Positions 19,007 through 29,361 are shown, counted from the first letter of the stretch. The stretch: 64,000 nt of DNA from Luteolibacter sp. (GCA_041549835.1 JBFEQB010000004.1:14486-78485); one strand, 5' to 3'. Made by a program: numbers and translations. Notes: generated by a model not told the origin, from the sequence alone.

Positions 19007-20389
19007 ATGCCCGATAGCTCCGCTGAAGAAACCCTGCTACTTGTCGACCCCGATCTGGATTTCCTGGATTGGGCCACCAAGCACTTGGCCGCGAACAACC
19101 TCAGGATTCTCCGTTGCGACAATGCGGCCAACGCCATCAAGGTGATCGAAAAGACCGCCGTTGCCGTGGTGGTGGCAGCCATGGAAATGGAACCGTTCGA
19201 CGGGATGGAGTTCCTCGGACGCGTCGTCCACCAAAGCCCACAGACCCTGGTGGTCCTGACCACGGGGTTTCCCACCACCGGGCAGATCATCGAGGCCACC
19301 CAGCGCGGGGCCCACGACGTGCTGCGCAAAGAATCATTGGCGTTCGAACTGAGACCGGTGGTGGAATCCGCGTTGCAGACTTACGAAGAACGCCGCAGCG
19401 CCGATCGACCGGCCGCCGAGATTCCCAAACAGGATGGTGGCCGGGTAAAAATGATCGGAGTTTCCCGGGCGCTGCAGGAGGTTTTCAAACTGGTCGGCCG
19501 CGTCGCGAAATCGGATGCGCCCGTTTTGATTGCGGGCGAGAGCGGCACCGGCAAGGAACTCGTGGCGAAGGCGGTCCACGAATACAGCCCGCGGCGGCAA
19601 AAGGAGATGATCACCATCAACTGTGGTGCCATCCCCGAAAACTTGCTGGAAAGCGAACTGTTCGGCCACGAAAAGGGCTCCTTCACCGGAGCGATCGCCC
19701 GCCGCGAAGGCCGCTTCGAGCAAGCCGATGGCGGCACCTTGTTTCTGGATGAAATCGGCGACATGCCGCTCTCCATCCAGGTGAAGCTCCTGCGGGTGCT
19801 CCAAGATGGAACGTTTTCCCGTGTCGGCTCCAATGAAACGATCCACACGGACGTGCGGATCATCGCCGCCACCCACAAGAATCTATCAGAAGAAGTGACG
19901 TCCGGACGGTTCCGCGAGGATCTTTACTACCGCCTCAACGTGGTGGAAATCCGGATTCCTCCACTGCGCGAGCGCTTGGAGGACATTCCGTTGCTCGCCG
20001 AGTTCTTCCTCCAGCGCATCACCAAAAAAAACGGCATGGCGCACATCCGGCTTTCCGCCGAAGCCATCAACGCCCTGCAATCACATACATGGCCGGGCAA
20101 CGTCCGCGAACTGGAAAACACCATCGCCCGGGCCTGCGCGCTCGCATCTTCCAACGTCCTGCTGCCAGCGGACATTCCGCTCGCATCCGCTCCGGGCAAA
20201 TCGCCTGCGGTCTTCTCCGCGGCGATCGATCAATTGATCAACGTGGCCCCGGTGGGCAAAGACCTGCTTCCGTGGCTCACCCGCGAGATCGTCGGACGCG
20301 TGGTTGAACGCGTGGACGGGGATTTGAAGAAGGCCTCGGCCATGCTCAGTCTTCCGGTTCCGGAAATCCGCAAACTGCTCGCACGGTAA
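19007..20389 (+). CDS. sigma-54-dependent transcriptional activator (NtrC family) with atypical receiver domain
   Basis: AAA+ core with GESGTGKE Walker A, the GSFTGA loop (GAFTGA variant) and ..GNVRELEN.., plus a C-terminal HTH. The N-terminal receiver-like fold lacks the phospho-acceptor Asp (see findings). Confidence 0.85.
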   Translation: MPDSSAEETLLLVDPDLDFLDWATKHLAANNLRILRCDNAANAIKVIEKTAVAVVVAAMEMEPFDGMEFLGRVVHQSPQTLVVLTTGFPTTGQIIEATQRGAHDVLRKESLAFELRPVVESALQTYEERRSADRPAAEIPKQDGGRVKMIGVSRALQEVFKLVGRVAKSDAPVLIAGESGTGKELVAKAVHEYSPRRQKEMITINCGAIPENLLESELFGHEKGSFTGAIARREGRFEQADGGTLFLDEIGDMPLSIQVKLLRVLQDGTFSRVGSNETIHTDVRIIAATHKNLSEEVTSGRFREDLYYRLNVVEIRIPPLRERLEDIPLLAEFFLQRITKKNGMAHIRLSAEAINALQSHTWPGNVRELENTIARACALASSNVLLPADIPLASAPGKSPAVFSAAIDQLINVAPVGKDLLPWLTREIVGRVVERVDGDLKKASAMLSLPVPEIRKLLAR

Positions 20390-20615
20390 GGTCGCCATGT
20401 TCCAGCGCATCGATCATCCGCTGATCGCCGCAGAACTCCCGCCCACGCTGCGGAACTGGACCGCTGCCCTGACGAACGCGAATCCATTTCACAGGCCCGG
20501 GCGACGTCGGCGACCGGATGTGCGGCACCCGGCCTGAAGTCCATGCACGCCGCCTGGATTTCCCATCATCCGGACTGGCCATAGGCGTCCGGCGCATCCA
20601 GACTTCGCAAGCCAA

Positions 20616-23168
20616 ATGACGTTTCGGTCGATTTTCCCGCTCTTGCTGCTCGTGTTGCAATCCGCTCTGCCCGGACAAGATGCGAGCGCGCTCCTGCGGA
20701 AAGGCAACGACGCTCTCGCCTCCGGCCTGTGGGAAATGGCGGCCATCCATTTCAGCGGATGTCTCGCCAACGAAGGCCTCGCCGCTGATGAAAAACCCCA
20801 GATCGCCATCCGCCTGGCCGAGGCATGGATCCGTGACGGAAAGCCCGCCGAGGCCTTGCACCTTCTTGACCAATCTTTCGTCAGCGGGCATCCGGAGACG
20901 CCCTTTTGGAAAGGTCAGGCATTGGCCGGACTGGGAAAATTCTCGGATGCGGTCGAAACCCTGACCCCCCTCACCCGCGATCCTGCGGCGGCCTACCGCA
21001 ACGAGGCCGTCTTCACCACCGCCAATCTGGAACTGGCGCTGGGCAAGCCCGATGCCGCCCTCGCCACGCTCGCGGCCCTCGCCGATTCTCCCGATCCGCA
21101 ACTCGTCGCCAAAGCACGCCTCCATCAAGTCGAAATCCTGCTGGAACTCGACCGCTCCGTCGAAGCCCGGGCTGCCATGCCCGCCGCATCTTCGGTCAGC
21201 CCGGGCGACAGCCCGCTCGCTACTTTTCTCGAAGCCAACCTGTTACTGACGGAAGACCGCCCGGCCGATGCCGCCGCAGGCTTCCAAACCCTCCTCAATC
21301 AGCCGCAAGGCCAGTCTCTCCGCCGCTATCACGCGGCCGCCATCGGCTTGGCCGACGCCCTTCGAGCCAACTCAACACCGGAACTCGCCGTGGATTCCCT
21401 GCTCAACTTCATCCAGGAACACCCGGACTCGCCGCAGCTTGAAGCCATGTTCAAACGCCTGCAGGATGCGCTGCCGGAGGTCCCGGCCATCACCGATCCC
21501 ATCTTGGAACGCCTCGCAGAGTGGATCCCCCCATCCGAGATTCCCGCCACCGGACCACTCGCCACATCGCAAAACTCGGCAACTGCAGCTTGGCCAATCG
21601 TCACGAATTCCAGCGACCTGTTGGCGTTCTCGCTCTTCACCCGTGCGCAGGGACTCCATCGCAACGGCTCACCGCAGTCCTTGGCAGAGGCAAGATTCCT
21701 CCTCACCCGCCTCCGTCTCGAAAACCCCGGACATTTCCTCTCCAACCGCGCCCTCCTTCTGACCGCACATTGGGATCTTGAGGAAGGCTCCACCGGGCGC
21801 GCCTTCAACATCCTGGAAACACTCAGGGAAACCGCCACCTCCCCGCTACTGAAGGGAGAGGCCGCCTTCATTCAAGCCCGCGCCTCCTACCAACAAGGCG
21901 GCACCGAACAGGCCGCCCTGCTGTTTGAAGAAGCCGCCCGCTCGCTCACCGGGAACGAGGCCAGCGCAGCCCGCCTCAATGCCGCCATCCTCCGACTCAC
22001 GGACGATTCGGTGCCGATCCTGCAGAACGCCCCTCCTGAAGAAAAGAGCCTCGCCGCAGACCTCGAACTCGAGCGCGCCCTTTCCACCACCGATCCACAT
22101 GCCAAACGAACGTCAATCGAGAATTTCCTGCTTCGTCACCCCGATCATCCACGGGGCCCCGAAGCACGTCTGGCGGCAGCTGAAGCCGCTCTCGCCGGAC
22201 CCGCTCCGGATCTGTCCTTCGCCCGCGCCCAAGTGGAAACCATTGCGGCGGATCCCGAAAACGCAGCCCCCGTAAATCCGTCCCGCCTCGCTCTCGTCAC
22301 GCTGCGCATCGCCGATCTTTCCAAGGACACCGCCGAAGCCATCGCCACCGCGCGCGCCATCCTCGAACAATTCCCCGCCGAACCCAGCGCTGCGGAAGCC
22401 GCCCTCATTCTCGGCCGCAACCTTTTCCAAACCCGCAGTTACAACGACGCCCGCCTCGTCCTCGAAAAACTCGCTGCCTCGGACACCGATCCGGCCCGCG
22501 CCGAGGTGGCCAGACTTCTCGCCGCCCGATCCGCCGCCCTCGTCCCCACCAGCCAGTCCCAACAGGAAGCCCTCATCCTCTTTGACAGCATCATCGACAA
22601 TCAAGGGCCGATCGCCTCGCTCGCCAAACTCGAAAAGGCCCGCCTGATGATCGACATGAACCGCCTGACCGAAGCTTCGGCCTTCCTGCGGGACTGGTTC
22701 GAAGGACTTCCGAAGACCGATCCGCTCCACCTTCCCGCCGGACTCCTGTTAGGCGAGGCCATCTACGCACAGGGCAGCGTCAACCCCGACTCACTGAGCG
22801 AGGCGCTCCAGGTCTACGACAAACTCCTGGTCCATGCGGAAAACCTCCCCGCCGTCTTCAATCAACTGCAATATCTGCGCGGCAGGACTCTCGAACAACT
22901 GCCGGACGAGGAGGATCCCACCCGGAAGCGTGAAAAACAGGCGTTCATCGCCTACTATTCGGTTCTTGAAACCACCACGCCGCCAGCGGAATGGAATTAC
23001 TTCGAACTCTGTGGGTTCCGCGCGCTCGCGCTCCTCGAAAAAGCCGGGCGCTGGCCCGCCGCCATCGCCTGTGCGAAAAAGATCGCCTCCTTCAGCGGCC
23101 CGCGCGCCGAAGAAGCCGCCACCCGCGCCAGACAACTCCAACTCAAACACATGATCTGGGAGGACTGA
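20616..23168 (+). CDS. large secreted TPR-like repeat protein (hypothetical)
   Basis: 850-aa ORF. Signal peptide MTFRSIFPLLLLVLQSALPG; Ala/Leu-rich helical repeats throughout. Confidence 0.55.
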   Translation: MTFRSIFPLLLLVLQSALPGQDASALLRKGNDALASGLWEMAAIHFSGCLANEGLAADEKPQIAIRLAEAWIRDGKPAEALHLLDQSFVSGHPETPFWKGQALAGLGKFSDAVETLTPLTRDPAAAYRNEAVFTTANLELALGKPDAALATLAALADSPDPQLVAKARLHQVEILLELDRSVEARAAMPAASSVSPGDSPLATFLEANLLLTEDRPADAAAGFQTLLNQPQGQSLRRYHAAAIGLADALRANSTPELAVDSLLNFIQEHPDSPQLEAMFKRLQDALPEVPAITDPILERLAEWIPPSEIPATGPLATSQNSATAAWPIVTNSSDLLAFSLFTRAQGLHRNGSPQSLAEARFLLTRLRLENPGHFLSNRALLLTAHWDLEEGSTGRAFNILETLRETATSPLLKGEAAFIQARASYQQGGTEQAALLFEEAARSLTGNEASAARLNAAILRLTDDSVPILQNAPPEEKSLAADLELERALSTTDPHAKRTSIENFLLRHPDHPRGPEARLAAAEAALAGPAPDLSFARAQVETIAADPENAAPVNPSRLALVTLRIADLSKDTAEAIATARAILEQFPAEPSAAEAALILGRNLFQTRSYNDARLVLEKLAASDTDPARAEVARLLAARSAALVPTSQSQQEALILFDSIIDNQGPIASLAKLEKARLMIDMNRLTEASAFLRDWFEGLPKTDPLHLPAGLLLGEAIYAQGSVNPDSLSEALQVYDKLLVHAENLPAVFNQLQYLRGRTLEQLPDEEDPTRKREKQAFIAYYSVLETTTPPAEWNYFELCGFRALALLEKAGRWPAAIACAKKIASFSGPRAEEAATRARQLQLKHMIWED

Positions 23169-23213
23169 TGGGTGGAAGTTGTAATCCTTGGAATCTGAAA
23201 TACTGAAATCGTT

Positions 23214-23951
23214 ATGTTGAATCTACTCATCACAGGAAATTCCGGCCGCATGGGTCAGGCCCTTCTCCAAGCCGCTGCAGAGAACGCACACGTCACCGTT
23301 GCCGCCACTCACGACGTCGGCGAGGATCTCGACTCCGCGTTCCAACACGCGGAATGCGCCATTGACTTCACGGTCCATTCCTTCACTGCCGAGGTCATCC
23401 AAGCCGCCTTGAAACACAATGCCCGGCTAGTCATCGGCACCACCGGCCACACCGATACCGAACGCGAAATGATCCGCGAGGCTTCGAAGAAAATCCCCAT
23501 CGTCTTCGCTTCCAACTATTCGGTCGGCGTCAACACGCTGTTCTGGCTCACCCGCCAGGCCGCACGCATTCTCACGCAGGACCGCTTCGACATCGAAGTC
23601 GTCGAAATGCATCACAAACACAAAATCGATTCCCCCTCCGGAACCGCACGCACGCTTTTGGATATCCTCAACCAGGAAACCCATACCTCCTACGAATCTG
23701 ACGTCACCCACGGCCGCCTCGGCAACATCGGCCCCCGCAAACCGCAGGAAATCGGCATGCACACGCTGCGCGGCGGTGATGTCGTGGGCGATCACACCGT
23801 CATGTTCGCCGCCGACGGCGAACGCGTCGAACTCACCCACAAGGCCTCCTCCCGCATGACCTTCGCCTCCGGCGCCGTGCGCGCCGCCGTCTGGCTCCAG
23901 GACAAACCCGTCGGTCTCTATGACATGCAGGACGTTCTTGGCCTCAAATAG
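23214..23951 (+). CDS. dapB: 4-hydroxy-tetrahydrodipicolinate reductase
   Basis: 245-aa ORF. ITGNSGRMG NAD(P)-binding motif and the EVVEMHHKHKIDSPSGTA signature. Confidence 0.9.
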   Translation: MLNLLITGNSGRMGQALLQAAAENAHVTVAATHDVGEDLDSAFQHAECAIDFTVHSFTAEVIQAALKHNARLVIGTTGHTDTEREMIREASKKIPIVFASNYSVGVNTLFWLTRQAARILTQDRFDIEVVEMHHKHKIDSPSGTARTLLDILNQETHTSYESDVTHGRLGNIGPRKPQEIGMHTLRGGDVVGDHTVMFAADGERVELTHKASSRMTFASGAVRAAVWLQDKPVGLYDMQDVLGLK

Positions 23952-23983
23952 AATCACAAACTCCCACCTGCCACTTACCAACC

Positions 23984-25501
23984 ATGCGCCCGCTCCTCAT
24001 CCTAACGGCCATTTTCACGCTCGTCGCCTGCCAACCGCCCAAGTCGCGTTCCGCCGAGGTTCCCGGAAATCCGGAAGCTCCCACCCCGGCACCTGATGTC
24101 AAAGCGTCGGTGGTCCGCATCAACTCCACCCAGCAGAACTGGAATCCCTGGCAACCGTGGGAGAAAAAATCACCGCGCAAACGCCGCGCGCTTGCCGCGA
24201 TCATCGGCCCCCAGCGGGTGATCACCACCTCCGAACTCACCGCAGACGCCACCTATCTGGAATTTGAATCGGCCGACGGCACGCGTTTCACCCCGGCCAG
24301 GGTGATTGCGGTCGACTACGAGGCGAATCTGGCATTGCTCGGACCGGCTTCCGAAGCCGAGGGCGACACTTTTTTCGAAGATACCACCCCATTCGAAATC
24401 ACCACTCCTTCAAAAATCGGCAGCACGCTCGAAATCCTTCAGGTCGAGAAAAACGGTGTCGCTCTCCAGACATCCGGCACTCTGCAAAGCATCGATTTGG
24501 CCTCGGGTTTCTTGCCCGGCCACAGCTTCCTGACCTACATGGTCAAGGCCTCCATGCAGAGCGCCGCCAGCAGCTATTCACTGCCGGTGCTGCGCGACGG
24601 AAAACTTGCAGGCATCCTCATGAGCTATAACTCCAAGGACCAACTGTGCGATGTGGTGGCCACGGATATCATCGCGCGCTTCCTGACCGAAGCCGCCGAT
24701 GGCGAATACCTCGGTTTTCCCAGTCTCGGAGTCGCCACCGCACGCACTGAGGACAACTCCTTCCGCCAGTGGCTCAAGCTCGCCGATGACCAGGGCGGAA
24801 TCTACATCCAGACCGTCCGCAAGGGGCACGCCGCCGATCTCGCAGGAGTCGAGGCGGGCGATGTCATCCTCGCCGTGAACGGCCAGACCATCGACCGCCG
24901 CGGCTACTATGAAGATCCGAATTACGGCAGTCTCTCATGGGGGCACCTCATCCGCGGGGCGAACTCCGTCGGCGACACGGTGACCCTCTCTCTGCTGCGG
25001 AACGGTAATCCCATGGAAGTTCAAGTCAGCCTCACCCGTGAGGAGGAAAACTCCCGCCTCGTTCCCAACCACCTCTTCGACAAGGCTCCCAGCTATCTTC
25101 TCAAGGGCGGTCTCGTGTTCCAGGAGCTCTCGCGACCCATCCTCCAGAGCTTCGGCAATGATTGGCGCACCCGTGCTCCGCTCAATCTCCTGGATGCCTA
25201 TGAAAATCCTGAAAAATACCAGGATTCCATGCGCCGCGTCGTGTTTCTCAGCGGCGTGATCCCCACCCCCGCCACCGTCGGCTACGAACGCCTCCGCAAC
25301 CTCATCGTCCGTAAGGTCAATGGCAAGGACATCGAGGACATGAAAAGCCTCATCGCCGCCTTCGATGGCAACACCAACGAACTCCACTCCGTCGAATTCG
25401 ATGAGGAGAACCTCACCGTCTATCTCGACGACACCGTCACCACCGCCGTCGATTCAGAACTCCTCCAGCGCGGAATCACCCGACTCTCACACGTGGAGTG
25501 A
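23984..25501 (+). CDS. lipoprotein with trypsin-like (S1C) fold and PDZ domain; catalytic triad appears incomplete
   Basis: 505-aa ORF with lipobox LTAIFTLVAC. The DegP-like core aligns by eye, and a PDZ-like segment is present (GIYIQTVRKGHAADLAGVEAGDVILAVNG). Confidence 0.6.
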   Translation: MRPLLILTAIFTLVACQPPKSRSAEVPGNPEAPTPAPDVKASVVRINSTQQNWNPWQPWEKKSPRKRRALAAIIGPQRVITTSELTADATYLEFESADGTRFTPARVIAVDYEANLALLGPASEAEGDTFFEDTTPFEITTPSKIGSTLEILQVEKNGVALQTSGTLQSIDLASGFLPGHSFLTYMVKASMQSAASSYSLPVLRDGKLAGILMSYNSKDQLCDVVATDIIARFLTEAADGEYLGFPSLGVATARTEDNSFRQWLKLADDQGGIYIQTVRKGHAADLAGVEAGDVILAVNGQTIDRRGYYEDPNYGSLSWGHLIRGANSVGDTVTLSLLRNGNPMEVQVSLTREEENSRLVPNHLFDKAPSYLLKGGLVFQELSRPILQSFGNDWRTRAPLNLLDAYENPEKYQDSMRRVVFLSGVIPTPATVGYERLRNLIVRKVNGKDIEDMKSLIAAFDGNTNELHSVEFDEENLTVYLDDTVTTAVDSELLQRGITRLSHVE

Positions 25502-25503
25502 AT

Positions 25504-26163
25504 TCATACGGAATGAATCGAGCCGTCCCGGATGACCAGGGTCCGGTCTCCCGCTTTGGCGAGATTCTGATCGTGGGTGACCACTACCAGCGTCACGCCG
25601 TGCTCGGTGGCAAGGTCCATCATGATGCTCATGATTTCGCCGCTGTTTCGTGAATCCAGATTACCCGTCGGTTCGTCGGCAAAGAGAACTTTCGGCTCGT
25701 TGACAATCGCACGGGCAATCGCCACCCGTTGTTGTTCGCCACCGGAAAGCTCGGAAGGAAGGTGCTCCGCCCGTTCGGACAGACCCACACGTTCAAGCGC
25801 CTTGAGCGCAAGCCCGGATGAATCCCTGCCCGCGATCGCACCGGGAACCGTGACATTTTCCAACGCGGTCAGCTCCGGAAGCAGGTGGAAGTTTTGAAAC
25901 ACATAACCGATTTCACGGTTGCGGAATCGCGCCTGTTGCTTGCGTCCCATCGCATATAGATCGGCACCATGGATGTGCACGCTACCGCGCTCCGGACGTT
26001 CCAAACCGGCCAGTGTGTAGAGCAATGTCGTCTTGCCCGCGCCGCTCGGCCCGCACAGGAAAACGCGCTCGCCACCGTGGATGCTGAGATCGATTCCATG
26101 CAGCACTTCGATGGATTTTTTCCCAATCCGGTAGCTGCGGTGCAGGTCTTGCGTTTCGATCAT
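25504..26163 (-). CDS. ABC transporter ATP-binding protein (LolD/MacB/FtsE-like)
   Basis: Walker A GPSGAGKTT, signature LSGGEQQRVAIARA, Walker B VLFADEPT. ATG 26163 (MIETQDL..) is preferred over the track start. Confidence 0.85.
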   Translation of the reverse strand: MIETQDLHRSYRIGKKSIEVLHGIDLSIHGGERVFLCGPSGAGKTTLLYTLAGLERPERGSVHIHGADLYAMGRKQQARFRNREIGYVFQNFHLLPELTALENVTVPGAIAGRDSSGLALKALERVGLSERAEHLPSELSGGEQQRVAIARAIVNEPKVLFADEPTGNLDSRNSGEIMSIMMDLATEHGVTLVVVTHDQNLAKAGDRTLVIRDGSIHSV

Positions 26164-26261
26164 CGGTTCGCTCACGCACTGAAAATGCAAGGCCTGCGCG
26201 GCAATCGCAAGCAACATCCTCGCAGCTATCAACCACTCTCACTCACCTTCATGCGGCGGCA

Positions 26262-27161
26262 TCACTTGGGCGTCGCACCTTCCGAACGGTTGGGAAATGT
26301 AAGTTCCGCGATGCCGCTCTTGTCCAATCCGCCCAGCCCCAGTTCGATCATCCTGCGATATTGGGTTTCGGTGGCGCGCGACAAGGGCACCGAAATGCCA
26401 GCCAACCTCGCCAAAGCATTGGCAATACCGCTGTCCTTCGCCGCATGGTCCGCGGAGAAAAAACACTCATGATCCCGGGTGATCATGTCATCCCCGTCCG
26501 TTTCAAGGACCCGCGAATTCGCACCGGTCTGCGAGAACACCTCCTTCAACATCTGCATGTCCAATCCCAGCGAAGCTCCCAGCCCGAGACCCTCCGCCAA
26601 TCCCGCGGTGTTGATGTTCATGACCATGTTCACCAGCGCCTTGACCTTGGCGGCATCACCGGGAGAACCCACGTGTTTCAAAGTCGATGAAAGATCCTGA
26701 AGCAACGGCGCCATCCGATCGTAAAGCTCCCGATCACCTCCCACGATCAGATAGAGCAGACCCTGGCGCGCCTGGGGGATGCTTGACGCCATGCACGCGG
26801 TGAGCGTGGACGCTCCGGCTCGTCCGGCCGCTGCCGCCGCAGCCTCGTGAACTTCCGGACCCACCGTCGCGCAGTTCACAAACACCCGGCCTTCGGCACC
26901 ATCCAAGAGGGAACCTTCTTCGGAGAAGATCTCCAGCATCGCTTCTTCGTCGGTGACCACCGTGAACACCACATCGCATGCGGCGGTCACCTGCGGCAAC
27001 GCGGTTGCGGCAAGACAGTTCAACTCCAATGCCAATGACGTGGCGATCGATCCATGGGGATCGTAAACCGCCCCGATATCATACCCCAAATCCGCCAGTC
27101 TCCTCGCCATGTTGGCTCCCATTCTTCCCGTTCCCACGAAACCAACTCTCGGACTTTTCAT
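26262..27161 (-). CDS. NAD(P)-dependent oxidoreductase, 3-hydroxyisobutyrate/6-phosphogluconate dehydrogenase-like
   Basis: 299-aa ORF. N-terminal VGFVGTGRMGANMARRL Rossmann motif. Confidence 0.8.
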   Translation of the reverse strand: MKSPRVGFVGTGRMGANMARRLADLGYDIGAVYDPHGSIATSLALELNCLAATALPQVTAACDVVFTVVTDEEAMLEIFSEEGSLLDGAEGRVFVNCATVGPEVHEAAAAAAGRAGASTLTACMASSIPQARQGLLYLIVGGDRELYDRMAPLLQDLSSTLKHVGSPGDAAKVKALVNMVMNINTAGLAEGLGLGASLGLDMQMLKEVFSQTGANSRVLETDGDDMITRDHECFFSADHAAKDSGIANALARLAGISVPLSRATETQYRRMIELGLGGLDKSGIAELTFPNRSEGATPK

Positions 27162-27388
27162 GGCAACAAGGATAGGCCCCGGTCTGCCGCAGGCGCAATC
27201 AGAAGTTCAAACACGCCGAACCACGTGATTTCCGCAACGATCCGGCCGATCGTTCACCCTGTTGCAAATCCGGTGATCGCGCGATTCCAACCCTCAGGAA
27301 ATTTTCCACGTTCCATTCTCACGGTTTTCCCATACGGTGGGTCAAACGTCGGCTGGCCCGAAACCTCGCCTGTTGACCGATCACCATC

Positions 27389-28360
27389 ATGAAACCACCA
27401 CCGCTGGACAACACCGTCACCTTCGCCCGCCCGAAACTGAGCTTTTCTCCCCGCTGGCTGATCATCGCTCCACTCATGGTTGTGGCCGTCATCGGCGCTC
27501 TTTCCTGCTTCTACACCGTCAGCCCGGAGTCCGTCGCCGTGGTCCAGCGCTTCGGAAAATACCACTCCACCGCCGATCCCGGCCTGCACTTCAAAATCCC
27601 CTTTGGCGTGGATACGGCGACTATCGTGCCGATTCGCCGCCAGTTGAAACTCGAGTTCGGATTCTCCACACCAGGCTCCACCAACCCGAACCAAAGCGGC
27701 ACCGAACCCGCCAAGGAACGTGACATGGTCACCGGCGACCTCAACGCCGCCCAGGTCGAGTGGATCCTCCAATACACCATCACCGATCCCAAACAGTATC
27801 TGTTCGAACTCCGCAACCCCGGCTCCACCCTGCGCGACCTCACCGAAAGCGTGATGTGCGAAATCATCGGCGACCGCACCGTCGACGAGGTCCTCACCAT
27901 TGGCCGCGACGAAATCACCGTCGAGTCGCTCAGCCAGCTTGCCGCGGTGCTCAAACCGCTCAACATGGGCATCACAGCCGATCAGATCCAGCTCCAGAAC
28001 GTGAACCCGCCGCGCCCGGTCCAGCGCTCGTTCGACGAGGTCAACCGCGCCCAACAGCAGCGCGAGGAAATGATCAACGAAGCCAAGGGCGAATACAACC
28101 GCTTCATCCCCAAGGCCAAGGGCACCGCCCAACGCAAAATCACCTCCGCCGAGGGATACGCCCTGAGCCGCGTCAACGAAGCCGAGGGCAACGTCACCCG
28201 CTTCCGTGACCTGCTCGCCGAATATGAAAAGGCCCCGAAAATCACCCGCCAGCGACTCTATCTCGAAACCATGAGCAAAGTCCTGCCGAAACTCGGCCCC
28301 AAGATCATCATGGACGAGGACGCCACCCAGTTGCTCCCGCTCCTCAACCTCAACAAGTGA
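27389..28360 (+). CDS. hflK: FtsH protease modulator HflK (SPFH/band-7)
   Basis: 323-aa ORF with an N-terminal TM and an SPFH core (..VVQRFGKY..PGLHFKIPF..). Followed by hflC. Confidence 0.85.
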   Translation: MKPPPLDNTVTFARPKLSFSPRWLIIAPLMVVAVIGALSCFYTVSPESVAVVQRFGKYHSTADPGLHFKIPFGVDTATIVPIRRQLKLEFGFSTPGSTNPNQSGTEPAKERDMVTGDLNAAQVEWILQYTITDPKQYLFELRNPGSTLRDLTESVMCEIIGDRTVDEVLTIGRDEITVESLSQLAAVLKPLNMGITADQIQLQNVNPPRPVQRSFDEVNRAQQQREEMINEAKGEYNRFIPKAKGTAQRKITSAEGYALSRVNEAEGNVTRFRDLLAEYEKAPKITRQRLYLETMSKVLPKLGPKIIMDEDATQLLPLLNLNK

Positions 28361-28379
28361 GCCACCACTCCGTTTTACC

Positions 28380-29354
28380 ATGAAAAAATTCACTACGTTA
28401 GTCATCCTCTTCGTCGGCGTGATCCTCTTCGCCAGCAGCGCTTACACCATCGACCAGACCGAGCAGGTCTTCATCACCGAGTTCGGCAAACCGGTGGGCG
28501 ATCCCATCAACGCCGACCCGGAAAAAAACGAAGCCGGCCTGCATTTCAAAAAACCCTTCATCCAGACGGTCAACCGCATCGAAAAACGCATCCTCGAATG
28601 GGACGGCCCCGCCTCCGAGCTCTACACCCGCGACAAGCTCATCATCTCGGTGGACACTTTCGCACGCTGGCGCATCTCCGACCCCATGACGTATTACAAA
28701 AAACTCCGCGACGAACGCAGCGCCCTGTCCCGCCTCAATGACTTCATCAGCAGCGAAACCCGCGATGTCATCGCCCGCAACGACCTGATCGAGGTCGTGC
28801 GCTCCAACAAGGATCGTGAACCCGCCCGCGACGAAATGCTGGTCGAAGCGGACGCCAACCTCGGCGTGCTCCCTCCCATCCGCCGCGGCCGCAAGGTGCT
28901 CGCCCAGCAAATCCTTGAAGCCGCCCGACCCAAGGTCCAGGCACTCGGCATCGAACTCATCGACGTGCGCTTCAAACGCATCAACTACAACCCGGGCGTC
29001 ATCGAGAAAATCTACGCCCGGATGGCGTCCGAACGCATGCAGATCGCCGAACGCTTCCGTTCGGAAGGTGCCGGCGAAGCCGCCAAGATCCTCGGCCGCA
29101 AGGAGCGCGACCTCCAGGAAATCGAGTCCGCAGCCTACCGCCGCGAGCAGGAAGTCCGCGGCAAGGCCGACGCCGAGGCCACTGCCATCTATGCCGATGC
29201 CTACAACTCCAGCCCGGTCGCCGCGGATTTCTATCAGTTCATGAAAACCCTCGAAACCTATGAGGCGACTCTCGGCAAGGACACCACCACCATCCTCACC
29301 ACCGACAGCGAGATCTTCCGCCTCTTCAAGACCATCGAACCGGAAGCGGAATGA
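28380..29354 (+). CDS. hflC: FtsH protease modulator HflC (SPFH/band-7)
   Basis: 324-aa ORF with an N-terminal TM and ..EFGKPVG..GLHFKKPFIQ... Paired with hflK. Confidence 0.85.
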   Translation: MKKFTTLVILFVGVILFASSAYTIDQTEQVFITEFGKPVGDPINADPEKNEAGLHFKKPFIQTVNRIEKRILEWDGPASELYTRDKLIISVDTFARWRISDPMTYYKKLRDERSALSRLNDFISSETRDVIARNDLIEVVRSNKDREPARDEMLVEADANLGVLPPIRRGRKVLAQQILEAARPKVQALGIELIDVRFKRINYNPGVIEKIYARMASERMQIAERFRSEGAGEAAKILGRKERDLQEIESAAYRREQEVRGKADAEATAIYADAYNSSPVAADFYQFMKTLETYEATLGKDTTTILTTDSEIFRLFKTIEPEAE

Positions 29355-29361
29355 ACCGCCA

